From contig DASUQI010000037.1 in NCBI GenBank assembly GCA_036280655.1, forward strand, positions 8,735 through 72,734: a stretch of 64,000 nt of DNA. Reading direction: 5' to 3'. Both the position numbers and the translations under genes were made by a program. Below the pieces are notes generated by a model. The model saw nothing but the letters and a program-made list of their open reading frames with translations. It was not told where the DNA came from and did no database searches. Numbering within the stretch: the stretch's first letter is position 1; each line of letters opens with the position of its first letter. Positions 55,814 through 63,993 of this stretch are shown piece after piece. Source of the stretch: Actinomycetota bacterium. Lineage in GTDB: Bacteria > Actinomycetota > UBA4738 > HRBIN12.

Positions 55814-56260
55814 TCAGGCAGTCAGGACGGGATCAGGTCGCCGCCTATCACCGCTGCCACTTGGGGTTGCGGCGAGTTGATTCGTCGTCGCCACCAACCA
55901 GTTGGTACCAACCACCGACGGGGTGTGACGCGCCGCCTCCCCGAGGTTTGTCGGTCGAGCGACGCCCTTCCATACATGAAGCGTCACCGTGGCTGACCCG
56001 ACCTCACACAGTGCGGCGTCGTGGTCCGCCGAAATCTGCAAGTCGATTGGGTAGACACGCGAGCATCCGATGCCGTGTGCGTCGATATCCCCTGCCAGAG
56101 CCTGGGTCGAGGAGTAGGAGGGAGCCGTCTCATCCCGGTCACCGGGCGCGAGACCCAGGGCGACAATGACCACGAGGCCAACCGCCACACCCACGACGCG
56201 CCTGACCATCCCGCCCAAAGGATGGCACCCAGCTAACTCTTCGTGCTGGCCGCGTGACAC
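55814..56260 (-). CDS. Hypothetical secreted/membrane protein.
   Basis: Internal start MVRRVVGVAVGLVVIVALGLAP is signal-peptide-like. No other motif. Confidence 0.38.
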   Translation of the reverse strand: MSRGQHEELAGCHPLGGMVRRVVGVAVGLVVIVALGLAPGDRDETAPSYSSTQALAGDIDAHGIGCSRVYPIDLQISADHDAALCEVGSATVTLHVWKGVARPTNLGEAARHTPSVVGTNWLVATTNQLAATPSGSGDRRRPDPVLTA

Positions 56261-57150
56261 CGGTCACGCGTCCGTACATGTTGTCGCACCGGGCTGCTAC
56301 GGCCTGAGCTACCCAGGGCCGTGTCGGACCCCAGCGCTACCTGTCGATTCTCGGCGTGACAGGGGGACTAGCGATGCGATGCCCGCGGGGCTCAGAACGC
56401 CGAAACGTCCGACGAGTCAGGCGGATCCGCGTGAGACACCCGCGCTAGGAGTCGTCCTCAATCAGGAGCGCCGGACCTGCAGCATCCTCCATGTTCGGCG
56501 GGATGGCATCCAACTGTGCGTACAGATGAGTTGCTGATCGACTGCGAGGAGGACCGAGTCGTCCGGGCGGTGCTGATCGGGATGCTGCTGGAGGGCGATA
56601 GGCCGCCGTCCCTAGGGCCGCCCGGGACTTCAACGCACCTCGGGGACGGTCAAAGGAGTGAAGCGGTCAAGCGCCGGGACTAGCGACCCTATGGAGCCAC
56701 CCCCAGCCCGAGCTCTTGACACGCTCAACGACCTCGCTCACATGATCTACAACCAACGCCTACCCCGCGGATCGAGGAAGTAGTTCAGGGCCGCGCTCAA
56801 ATTGAGTCCCGGTTGTCCTCCGCGAACGCGGTTCCCGTCTCGCGGAGGCGCCTTGAATCCTCCCTGACCGACACCGCAGCCTCGCGCACGGCGACGGCTT
56901 CTTCGCGAAGGTTGGCCAACCGCGCCCGGAGACGCGCTGCAGACTCGCGGAGACTGGCAACCGATTCCACGGCCGCTCCTCTCGAACAGGTCGAAAGGGC
57001 GACCGGTTAGGCGTGCGCCAACCGTCCAGACGACGTTACGAGCACCGTGTCACACTGCGAGCGACTGACGCAAGGCGTCTCGTGAGAGTAGCCCCCGACG
57101 CGTTCCCATCCTGAGAGGGAGGGGTAGGGCCAAGGGCGTTAGCGCGGATC

Positions 57151-57339
57151 CTAGCCACCTCGGGTCCGGGGGGGCTCGCTGGCGAGGTGACCATACGCCT
57201 CAGCGAGATGGAGGATCACCCTTGCAATCTCCTCGTTCTCCGCCTGGGCCGTGAGCGTTGTGATCTTCTTGGCGATCTCCTGGCGGGCCGTCGCTGCCGC
57301 AGCTGCGGCCCTGATCTGAGCGTCGGTATGCGACGTCAT
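57151..57339 (-). CDS. Hypothetical small helical protein (62 aa).
   Basis: Ala-rich with a helical pattern. Weak evidence. Confidence 0.25.
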   Translation of the reverse strand: MTSHTDAQIRAAAAAATARQEIAKKITTLTAQAENEEIARVILHLAEAYGHLASEPPRTRGG

Positions 57340-57519
57340 TTTGGTATCACCCCCGCGACTAGATGCTACTCGTCCACGTACGCAACCCGCCAGACGCAGG
57401 CTCGTCTGCTACTGGGGCGCGAGACGCGGCAGTGGTTCAGTGACCAGCTCATCCAACCGTGTTCCTGTTAGAGTCCTCCGGTAGCATTTCCGGCTCGGTT
57501 CGCATCGAGCGACCGTCCG

Positions 57520-57756
57520 ATGGCCATCGCTCCTCTGTCGTCGGCCCTTGTTCCCTACGGATCGACGAACAGGAGGGAGCACGATGGCCACCGCTCTCCG
57601 CGAGTTGGATTGGCGTTTTTCTGCCCGATCTGTGGGATTCCCCTCGAACGGTTCGACTTCGACAAGGCTTCCGAGGATTACTCCTGCCCGTTCTGCTGCT
57701 CGCAGCAGCGACCCTCACGGGTTGCGGCTCGCGCCGGGTGGGAGAACCCGGATTAG
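57520..57756 (+). CDS. Small zinc-ribbon protein (CPICG…CPFCC).
   Basis: 78 aa. Two CxxC pairs spaced for a zinc ribbon. Confidence 0.35.
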   Translation: MAIAPLSSALVPYGSTNRREHDGHRSPRVGLAFFCPICGIPLERFDFDKASEDYSCPFCCSQQRPSRVAARAGWENPD

Positions 57757-57951
57757 GTGGCGCATCGGATGAGCACGCACATCTACGGTTCACCACTGAA
57801 GGAAGGACAGGTCGAGACGTATCCTGAGAAACGAACGTGCTCGGAGGAAGGGTGCTCGACCCGACTCTCCATCTACAACCCGTCGAAGCAGTTCTGTTGG
57901 CTCCACGAATGGGTCGGTCCGCGACGTGGCGACTCACCTACTCGGTCATAG
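57757..57951 (+). CDS. Small Cys/His-rich protein (64 aa).
   Basis: …CSEEGCSTRLSIYNPSKQFCWLHEW… a zinc-finger-like C-x4-C…C-x2-H arrangement. Its start abuts the stop of the previous ORF. Confidence 0.35.
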   Translation: MAHRMSTHIYGSPLKEGQVETYPEKRTCSEEGCSTRLSIYNPSKQFCWLHEWVGPRRGDSPTRS

Positions 57952-58651
57952 GGACCCTGTGTCCGCGGAAGGACTCTCGCCGAAGAGCGTTAGAGCACCT
58001 GTAGGCCAGCTCAATTCACTCTGTTCATGTGGCCACTCGGAGTTCGTTCATTAGCGACCGCCGAGGACGTCCCTGCCTCTTCAACAGATGTCCCTGCCAG
58101 CGGCTCTGTCCCATCCACAAGGTGCTTATGCCAGCGGCGCGATCGCACGCAGTGTGATCGAGTGCGAGGACCGAGTCGTCCGGGCGGTGTTGGTCGGGAT
58201 GCTGCGGGGGACCGACCGTTAAGAGCGGATACGCTCTTCTATCTCAGCCAGAGATTCAGGGTGAAGCGGCCCCCACAGTCTCGTTTACTCGGAGTCATCA
58301 AAATGCGTGATCGGTGACCCTTCCACTTACGGCTGGAACGTCATCAGCGACCTTCCGGGCTGGACACCTACAAGGTCCGCGACTGCCGCCGAACTCTCGT
58401 CTCCCGGCCTCCCCTGACGACCCCTCACCCGTCACAACGGGGCCGACCTCCACCGGGCCAACCTCGACGGGACGAACCGCGACAGGTCCAACCTCGACGG
58501 GGCCGACCGCGACAGGGAGCACGTAGCACGACCTTCCCTGCCCCCTTGGGTCATCACCTCGAGCAGCCGCTCCTGATCGACGCCGAGGAGGCCGGACGCT
58601 CCGGGCGGTTCTGGTCGAGATGCTGCGGGATGACGGAGCGGGAGTAGCGAC

Positions 58652-58984
58652 CTAACCCCGAGGGTCGGTTCGAGTGGCTACCTCCGCAGGCGTCCCCTCC
58701 CGTTTGGCCACGAGGACGAATCGGTCGTTCTCCTCAACGACTGCCTCGACGTCCTGAATGACATGCTCGTGGACAACACAGAACTGGCGAGGGTCGTTCC
58801 GGACCCGCTCGTACTCGTCCTTCATCACCGCAATAACCTCGTCGCACCTCTCGTATCCGCACTCGCAGGCGATGTGCATGAACGAGCTGTCGGGAAGGGA
58901 TTCGCGGGTCTGGTCGATCTGTTCGTTGATCCCCCTCGCAACCGCCTCGTTCTTCGCGATCCGTTCCTCCCTGAAGCCCATCAC
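58652..58984 (-). CDS. Small CxCG-motif protein, paralogue 1.
   Basis: 110 aa: …HIACECGYERCDEVIAVMKDEYERVRNDPRQFCVVHEHV…. It is paralogous to 59438..59770. Confidence 0.5.
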   Translation of the reverse strand: MMGFREERIAKNEAVARGINEQIDQTRESLPDSSFMHIACECGYERCDEVIAVMKDEYERVRNDPRQFCVVHEHVIQDVEAVVEENDRFVLVAKREGTPAEVATRTDPRG

Positions 58985-59210
58985 GGTTCTCCCAACTCTT
59001 TCCTGGGTGCCAACCCAACGGATACCCGAAGTCGCGTGCCGGGAACCCCGAGCTGCTCATCGACCGCGAGGAGGGACCGGACGCTGCGGGCGGTGCTGGT
59101 CGGGATGCTGCGGGAAGCGGTCCGCTAGGCTGCCAGGCGGTCGATCTCGAACCACACAGTCTTACGTCCCTCGAGGGAGCGCCCCCAGCGGTCGGCCAAC
59201 TTATCCACGA

Positions 59211-59480
59211 CTACCAAGCCGAGTGGGGTCGATCCTTGTGCCCGTCCAAGTTGAGCCGGTCGAAGGTGAACCAAGGCCCACCGTCTACGACCGTCACGCG
59301 GATCACGGCGTCCCTCGCCTCGAGCTGCAGACCGATCTGGCCGTCTGCCTCAGGGCCGCCATGTCGAGCCGCGTTGTCGACGATCTCGGAGACCATCAGG
59401 ACGACCTCGTCGGAGCGGGCGGCCGGGAGCCGGTCGCTCACGAAATCCGCCGTGATCTTGCGGGCAATCCCCGGAGCGGT
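59211..59480 (-). CDS. RsbW-like anti-sigma factor / Ser-protein kinase (HATPase_c). Start is approximate.
   Basis: …VVLMVSEIVDNAARHG…IRVTVVDGGPWF…. The N-terminal part of the track ORF overlaps the neighbouring gene in another frame. Confidence 0.62.
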   Translation of the reverse strand, partial: TAPGIARKITADFVSDRLPAARSDEVVLMVSEIVDNAARHGGPEADGQIGLQLEARDAVIRVTVVDGGPWFTFDRLNLDGHKDRPHSAW

Positions 59481-59770
59481 CTGCTCATAAGGCAGCCGGT
59501 GCTCCACATCATGACGCTGATCACCGAGTCGATCTCCGGGTTCTCGTGATCGAGTGCGAGCGCGAAGCGGGTGGCCTCGCTCCGGATACCCTCGTACTCC
59601 GCTCGGGTGAGTCGGATCGGATCGGAGCATCGCACGTCTCCGCACTCACAGAGGTACGTGTCCATCGCACGCTCGAGCCCCTCACGACCGTCGGTGTCGT
59701 CCTCCGTCCACTCGTTCATCTCGCGGAAGATCGTCTGGTTGATGGCCTCCTGAGCTCGATAGTCAGCCAT
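59438..59770 (-). CDS. Small CxCG-motif protein, paralogue 2.
   Basis: Internal start MADYRAQEAINQTIFREMNEW…YLCECGDVRCSDPIRLTRAEYEGIRSEATRFALALDHE… shares the CECG-x2-RC…EYE…HE pattern with 58652..58984. Confidence 0.5.
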   Translation of the reverse strand: MADYRAQEAINQTIFREMNEWTEDDTDGREGLERAMDTYLCECGDVRCSDPIRLTRAEYEGIRSEATRFALALDHENPEIDSVISVMMWSTGCLMSRPLRGLPARSRRIS

Positions 59771-60113
59771 CGGGATGCCCGTCGAGGTCGGCCGATGAGC
59801 GCGACGAACCAGGAGCACGCTGCGTGAAGCGGGCGAGGAGCCGCACCCCTTCTCGCTCATCGACGACGTACTCGGTCGCGGTCACCTGGAGGATCTTCCT
59901 GAGCTGGTCGCTCGCGCCAATCAGGGCCAGGCGATGTCCGTTGTCCTTCGCACGGCGCTGTGCGTTCAAGAACGTGCGCAGCCCCGTGGAATCGACGAAG
60001 GTCAGGTCTCGAAGATCGAGGAGCACCCCCCCGACGTCGTCCTGCTCGACCCGCGTCAGGTGCTGTTCGAGCGTCGGAGCGGTTGCTAGGTCGAGTTCGC
60101 CCCAAAGGGCCAA
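59763..60113 (-). CDS. STAS-domain anti-sigma-factor antagonist (RsbV-like).
   Basis: …GGVLLDLRDLTFVDSTGLRTFLNAQRRA…HRLALIGASDQLRKIL…. Confidence 0.72.
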   Translation of the reverse strand: MALWGELDLATAPTLEQHLTRVEQDDVGGVLLDLRDLTFVDSTGLRTFLNAQRRAKDNGHRLALIGASDQLRKILQVTATEYVVDEREGVRLLARFTQRAPGSSRSSADLDGHPDG

Positions 60114-60287
60114 TCGGACGACCTCGTTCCTGCGGTCGTCATAGGATGTCGAACAAGGAGCGGGACGGGACCCCCATGTTGGCTCCCCTCTGCGTGTCGG
60201 CGCTCTCTCGCCGATCGGGTGGTGAACCAGAAGTTGGGGTTCCCACGCGCCAGACCGTGGGTCCGGGTCCGGCGCGAACAGTCTACC

Positions 60288-60362
60288 TGGTGGGCGCTAG
60301 AGGAATTGAACCTCTGACCTCTTCCGCGTCAAGGAAGCGCTCTACCCCTGAGCTAAGCGCCC
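60288..60362 (-). tRNA. tRNA-Val (anticodon GAC), with CCA encoded. This is the island integration target.
   Basis: Reverse complement: GGGCGCTTAGCTCAGGGGTAGAGCGCTTCCTTGACGCGGAAGAGGTCAGAGGTTCAATTCCTCTAGCGCCCACCA. The anticodon stem is CTTCC/GGAAG with loop UU-GAC-GC. Confidence 0.88.
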
Positions 60363-60389
60363 GAGATCCGGCATCGTACCGCCGGGCCG

Positions 60390-60460
60390 AGGCGGGGACC
60401 GGAATTGAACCGGTGTAGAGGGTTTTGCAGACCCTTGCCTAACCACTCGGCCACCCCGCC
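60390..60460 (-). tRNA. tRNA-Cys (anticodon GCA).
   Basis: Reverse complement: GGCGGGGTGGCCGAGTGGTTAAGGCAAGGGTCTGCAAAACCCTCTACACCGGTTCAATTCCGGTCCCCGCCT. It has a 7-bp acceptor stem, U8, an anticodon stem AGGGT/ACCCT with loop CU-GCA-AA, and U73 discriminator. Confidence 0.85.
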
Positions 60461-60524
60461 GTGCGCGGCAGGTGCCGCGGCAGGAAAGTGTAGCGGCCCC
60501 TGCCACTGATGGGCCGGGCTCAGG

Positions 60525-61331
60525 TCATGCCCCGAAGAACCGTTCGAGCTCGGGGGCCAGCACCTTCGCGTCGACCATGTGCCACTGCCCCTCGAGGATG
60601 GCCCGCTCCGCGTTCGGGACCGCAGCCGCGATCTCCTCTGCCGCTCGGCCGAAGAAGTCGACCGGCACCTCTCCCATGTAGTTCGGGTCTGGTGCGACAT
60701 CGCCGGTGACCACGAGCGTGGGCTGCTTGATCGTGGCCAGCCGCTCCCCCGGGGGCGGTCCGTCCCCGATGCACGCCGCGTCGTAGGCGAGCGTGTGCGC
60801 CAGCGCCACAGCTCCCGCCCAGTGCTCGGACGCCTTCGCCCCCTCGATGATCTCGTCGCTGGTACCGACCATCCGCATGAACAGCTCGACCGCCTCGCTC
60901 CGTTGGCCGGCCGCGAGCGCAGCAGTCAGCTCCTCGACGTAGGTTCGCCACGCCTTCTGGAAGACCTCATCCGTCTGGTACGGCACCTCGTACACGGCGA
61001 GCCGGTCCGCGGCAACGCCCGCCGCTGCGGCCTCAAGCACGAGGGCGCCGCCGGAGGAGACGCCGTACAGGTGCGCCGACCCGCCGGCCTCGGCGATCAG
61101 CGCGGCGATGTCCTCGATCTCGCGCTCGAGCGCGTAGGGCTGCGTGTCACTGCTCTCGGACCTGCCGCGTCGGTCGTAGTTGTACGTGGTGAACGAGCTC
61201 GCCAGCTCGGCGGAGAGCGGGGCGTTCTCCGACCGGTCGACGAGGCCTCCGCCCACGAGGATGACGGCGGGCCCGCTCCCCTGAGGTTCGAACGCGATCG
61301 ACGTCCCGTCCTTCGAGATCACCCGGTCCAT
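60525..61331 (-). CDS. Alpha/beta hydrolase-fold protein.
   Basis: Internal start MDRVISKDGTSIAFEPQGSGPAVILVGG…HLYGVSSGG (GxSxG). The N-terminal 58 aa of the track ORF are low-complexity read-through. Confidence 0.8.
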   Translation of the reverse strand: MDRVISKDGTSIAFEPQGSGPAVILVGGGLVDRSENAPLSAELASSFTTYNYDRRGRSESSDTQPYALEREIEDIAALIAEAGGSAHLYGVSSGGALVLEAAAAGVAADRLAVYEVPYQTDEVFQKAWRTYVEELTAALAAGQRSEAVELFMRMVGTSDEIIEGAKASEHWAGAVALAHTLAYDAACIGDGPPPGERLATIKQPTLVVTGDVAPDPNYMGEVPVDFFGRAAEEIAAAVPNAERAILEGQWHMVDAKVLAPELERFFGA

Positions 61332-61365
61332 GTCGGTACCCTCCTCTTCGAACACCAGCTCCCGG

Positions 61366-61890
61366 TCAGCGCAGCGACCGCGCGACCTGCTCGAGCTTGG
61401 CCCATCCCTCCTGCATACCCGTTTCCATGCCCGACTCCATGATGGCGTCCCGGACGTCCTTGCTCGGGCACTCCACGAGCAATGAGAGCGTCGTGCGCCC
61501 ATCAACCTCGTCGAAGGTCGCCGTGTTGATCGTGCCCTCCTCCTCGCCCGGCGGGTACGTGTCGCCCTCGAGCGGCTCCGACGCGCCTTCGTAGACCTCC
61601 GTGAACACGAGCCGCTCCGCGGTCACGATCTCGCGGAACTCCCCGTGGAAGGCGACCTCGAACCCGTCGTGGTCCTGGTGCACGTACCGCCACACTCCGC
61701 CGACCCTCAGATCGACCTCGACCAGCGTGGTGATACCCCGCTCGCCGCTCCACCACCGCTTGATGAGCTGTGGCGTGGTCCACGCCTGGTAGACGAGCTC
61801 CTTCGGCGCGTCGAACTCCCGGGAGATCAGGATCTGCCGATCGGTCGGGAGCGTGATCGTCGCCATCTGACTACTCGCCATCGCCGCCAT
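61366..61890 (-). CDS. SRPBCC-superfamily protein (AHSA1/Aha1-like).
   Basis: …ISREFDAPKELVYQAWTTPQLIKRWW…. The ArsR + SRPBCC gene pairing is typical. Confidence 0.78.
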   Translation of the reverse strand: MAAMASSQMATITLPTDRQILISREFDAPKELVYQAWTTPQLIKRWWSGERGITTLVEVDLRVGGVWRYVHQDHDGFEVAFHGEFREIVTAERLVFTEVYEGASEPLEGDTYPPGEEEGTINTATFDEVDGRTTLSLLVECPSKDVRDAIMESGMETGMQEGWAKLEQVARSLR

Positions 61891-62227
61891 CGCCTTCCTC
61901 CTTCCGTTGCAGGTCCTCGAGGACCGCGTCCATCCGGTCGAACCGCTCCGACCACGTCCGCTCGTAGTCCTTCACCCAGTCGTGGATGGGCTTGAGGGCG
62001 TGGCCGTTCAATCGATACAGCCTCCTGCGTCCGTCCTCGCGCACGTCGACTGCCCCCACCTCTCGCAGCACGCGCAGATGCTTGGACACGAGCGGCTGCG
62101 CGAGCCCCAGCTCGCGGACCAGGTCGTTCACCGGCCGCTCCCCCTCGACGAGCTCGTCGAGGATCTGCCGCCGCCGGGGTTCGGCCACCGCGTTGAACGC
62201 GTCCGCCGTCGTCGCCGCTCGTGCCAT
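61871..62227 (-). CDS. ArsR/SmtB-family metalloregulator-type transcriptional repressor.
   Basis: Winged HTH …RRQILDELVEGERPVNDLVRELGLAQPLVSKHLRVLREVGAV…. Start is taken at MARAA, because the 12 upstream codons of the track ORF lie in the AT-rich promoter patch. Confidence 0.83.
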   Translation of the reverse strand: MARAATTADAFNAVAEPRRRQILDELVEGERPVNDLVRELGLAQPLVSKHLRVLREVGAVDVREDGRRRLYRLNGHALKPIHDWVKDYERTWSERFDRMDAVLEDLQRKEEGDGGDGE

Positions 62228-62301
62228 GGCCAAGAAATATATACCGATATCGACATATGTCAACTGAGAACCAAGACCTCGGCTGTTTCAGTGTCCGGCT
62301 G
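62228..62301. promoter_or_regulatory. AT-rich intergenic patch with short palindromes (GATATC, CATATG). Probably the arsR promoter/operator.
   Basis: …ccaagaaatatataccgatatcgacatatgtcaactgag… is about 35% GC inside a 70% GC genome, immediately upstream of the ArsR start. Confidence 0.45.
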
Positions 62302-62907
62302 CTAGCCGAACGAGCCCGTGACGATCTCGCCGGCGGGCTCGTACGTGGCGATCAGCACGCCGGTCGTCGAGACCCTGCTGTCGACGAGCTTCAGCGCGCC
62401 CGGGAGGGTGCCCTCCGCGAACAGGCGCTTACCCGACCCGATCACCACGGGGAAGACCATCAGGCGGAATCGGTCGACGAGTTCGTGGGCGAGGAGCGTC
62501 TGGGTCAGGTTCGCGCTGCCGTGCACCTGCAGCTCGGGCCCGTCCTCTTCCTTCAGCTTCGCAAGCCCCTCCGCCGCGTCGCCCTCGATCAGGACGGAGT
62601 TGCTCCACCCGAGCGTGGGCCGGCCTCGGGACGCGACGTACTTCGTGGCCTCGTTGAACACCTTGCCGCCGGCCTCCTCCGGCGCGGTCGGCCAGTAGGC
62701 GGCGAAGATGTCGTAGGTCCTGCGCCCGAGCACCATCGCGAACGGCGTGCTCGTCGCCTCGGCCATGTAGCTGTCCACCACGTCGTCCCAGAGGTTGACG
62801 GACCACCCTCCGAGCGCGAATCCGGTCTCGGCATCCTCGTCCGGCCCGCCAGGCGCCTGCATCACCCCGTCGAGGGTCAGGAACGTGCTGACGATCAGCT
62901 CTCGCAT
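62302..62907 (-). CDS. Dihydrofolate reductase-family protein (RibD C-terminal domain-like).
   Basis: MRELIVSTFLTLDGVMQAPGG…LGRRTYDIFAAYWP…VHGSANLTQTLLAHELVDRFRLMVFPVVIGSGKRLF…. Confidence 0.85.
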   Translation of the reverse strand: MRELIVSTFLTLDGVMQAPGGPDEDAETGFALGGWSVNLWDDVVDSYMAEATSTPFAMVLGRRTYDIFAAYWPTAPEEAGGKVFNEATKYVASRGRPTLGWSNSVLIEGDAAEGLAKLKEEDGPELQVHGSANLTQTLLAHELVDRFRLMVFPVVIGSGKRLFAEGTLPGALKLVDSRVSTTGVLIATYEPAGEIVTGSFG

Positions 62908-62937
62908 CGTCGCTCCTTCGGATTGTGGGACCCGGAG

Positions 62938-63330
62938 CTACCGCTCGGCGGGCTGGAAGATCTCCACCGCGTTGCCTGCGGGATCCTCGACCAGGATCTG
63001 CTTGCCTCCGGGGCCGGTCACGATGTCGTTACGGAACCTCAGCCCGGCGGCGCGGAGCCGTTCGACCTCCTTCGAGATGTCGTCGACCACGAACTCGATC
63101 CGGTTCCAGCCGCCCGGTTCGGGCTTGCGACCGTCCGGCATGGGTCGCCCGGCCGAGCTCTGCGGGCCGCTGAGCAGAAGACGGAGGGGACCACGGGTGA
63201 CGTCGGCGAACGCAGGAGCGGCGTTCGTGCCGAGTTCGAAGCCGAAGTGTTTCGTGTAGAAGTCGACGGCGGCATCAACGTCGTCGACCATGTACCGGAC
63301 GTTCACGGTGTCTGAGGGGATCCGGCTCAC
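62938..63330 (-). CDS. VOC-family (glyoxalase/bleomycin-resistance fold) protein.
   Basis: 130 aa with a βαβββ pair pattern: …VDDVDAAVDFYTKHFGFEL… …NRIEFVVDDISKEVERLRAAG…. Confidence 0.83.
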   Translation of the reverse strand: MSRIPSDTVNVRYMVDDVDAAVDFYTKHFGFELGTNAAPAFADVTRGPLRLLLSGPQSSAGRPMPDGRKPEPGGWNRIEFVVDDISKEVERLRAAGLRFRNDIVTGPGGKQILVEDPAGNAVEIFQPAER

Positions 63331-63420
63331 CTCCCTGATCGCGCGCGGATGAGGCCCATCCTTGGGGCTCTGCCCCGGACCGCCCCGGGCGAAACATCGC
63401 GCGGCACCTCTGGACGGTCG

Positions 63421-63993
63421 CTATCCGGCCGAGGCGGCGAACAGCTCCCACTCCCCCGGGACACCGCGGAGCCCGACGGCGCCGAGCGGAGTGAACGCGA
63501 GGTCGGTTCCCGTCACGAGGTCCCGGACGGTTCGCGTGACGACGACCTCACGCTCGCCCGCCTCACCGAGTGCCCGGGCGGCGATGTGCACGCCGATCCC
63601 TCCAACGTCCTCGTCGCGGATCTCGATCTCGCCCGTGTGGATCGCCGAGCGGATCGCGAGCCCGAGGTCCCCGCACGCGGCGGTGAACCCGAATGCACAC
63701 CGGAGCGCTCGGGTCGGCGCGTCGAAGGTCGCCAGGATGCCGTCGCCGGTGGACTTCACGAAGCGTCCACGGAACCGTTCCACTTCCTCCCGCCCGATGC
63801 GATCGTGGCGATCCAGGAGCCGCCTCCATCGCTGGTCACCCAGGTCGGCAGCCTGCTCCGTGGATCGAACGATGTCCGTGAACAGGACGGTCGCGAGGAC
63901 GCGATCCGCGTCCTGTGCCGCCTGCCACGACTGCATCTGCTCCTGGGTCCAAGCGAACGCCTCTACGTATCTGCTCGCCGGAGCCCGGTCCAC
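63421..63993 (-). CDS. Class III adenylate/guanylate cyclase catalytic-domain protein.
   Basis: …ATVLFTDIVRSTEQAADLGD…VKSTGDGILATFD…IRSAIHTGEIEI… (CHD signature). Confidence 0.8.
   Translation of the reverse strand: MDRAPASRYVEAFAWTQEQMQSWQAAQDADRVLATVLFTDIVRSTEQAADLGDQRWRRLLDRHDRIGREEVERFRGRFVKSTGDGILATFDAPTRALRCAFGFTAACGDLGLAIRSAIHTGEIEIRDEDVGGIGVHIAARALGEAGEREVVVTRTVRDLVTGTDLAFTPLGAVGLRGVPGEWELFAASAG

Larger units (their letters stand above)
53465..60287. mobile_element. Roughly 6.8 kb genomic island integrated at the 3' end of tRNA-Val(GAC). GC is lower, no integrase was detected, so it is probably a degenerate or non-autonomous element.
   Basis: It is bounded by the 45-bp direct repeats and GC drops to about 58-62%. 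The content is small hypothetical genes plus an RsbV/RsbW module and 5 copies of a dispersed repeat. Confidence 0.75.

Noticed and set aside
53420-60333. Considered whether the 45-bp repeats plus dispersed repeats could be a CRISPR array.
   Set aside because: Only two copies of the 45-mer, and they are tRNA-derived. The five dispersed repeats are imperfect (80-90% identity), irregularly spaced (0.4-1.6 kb) and separated by coding sequence. No cas genes were found.
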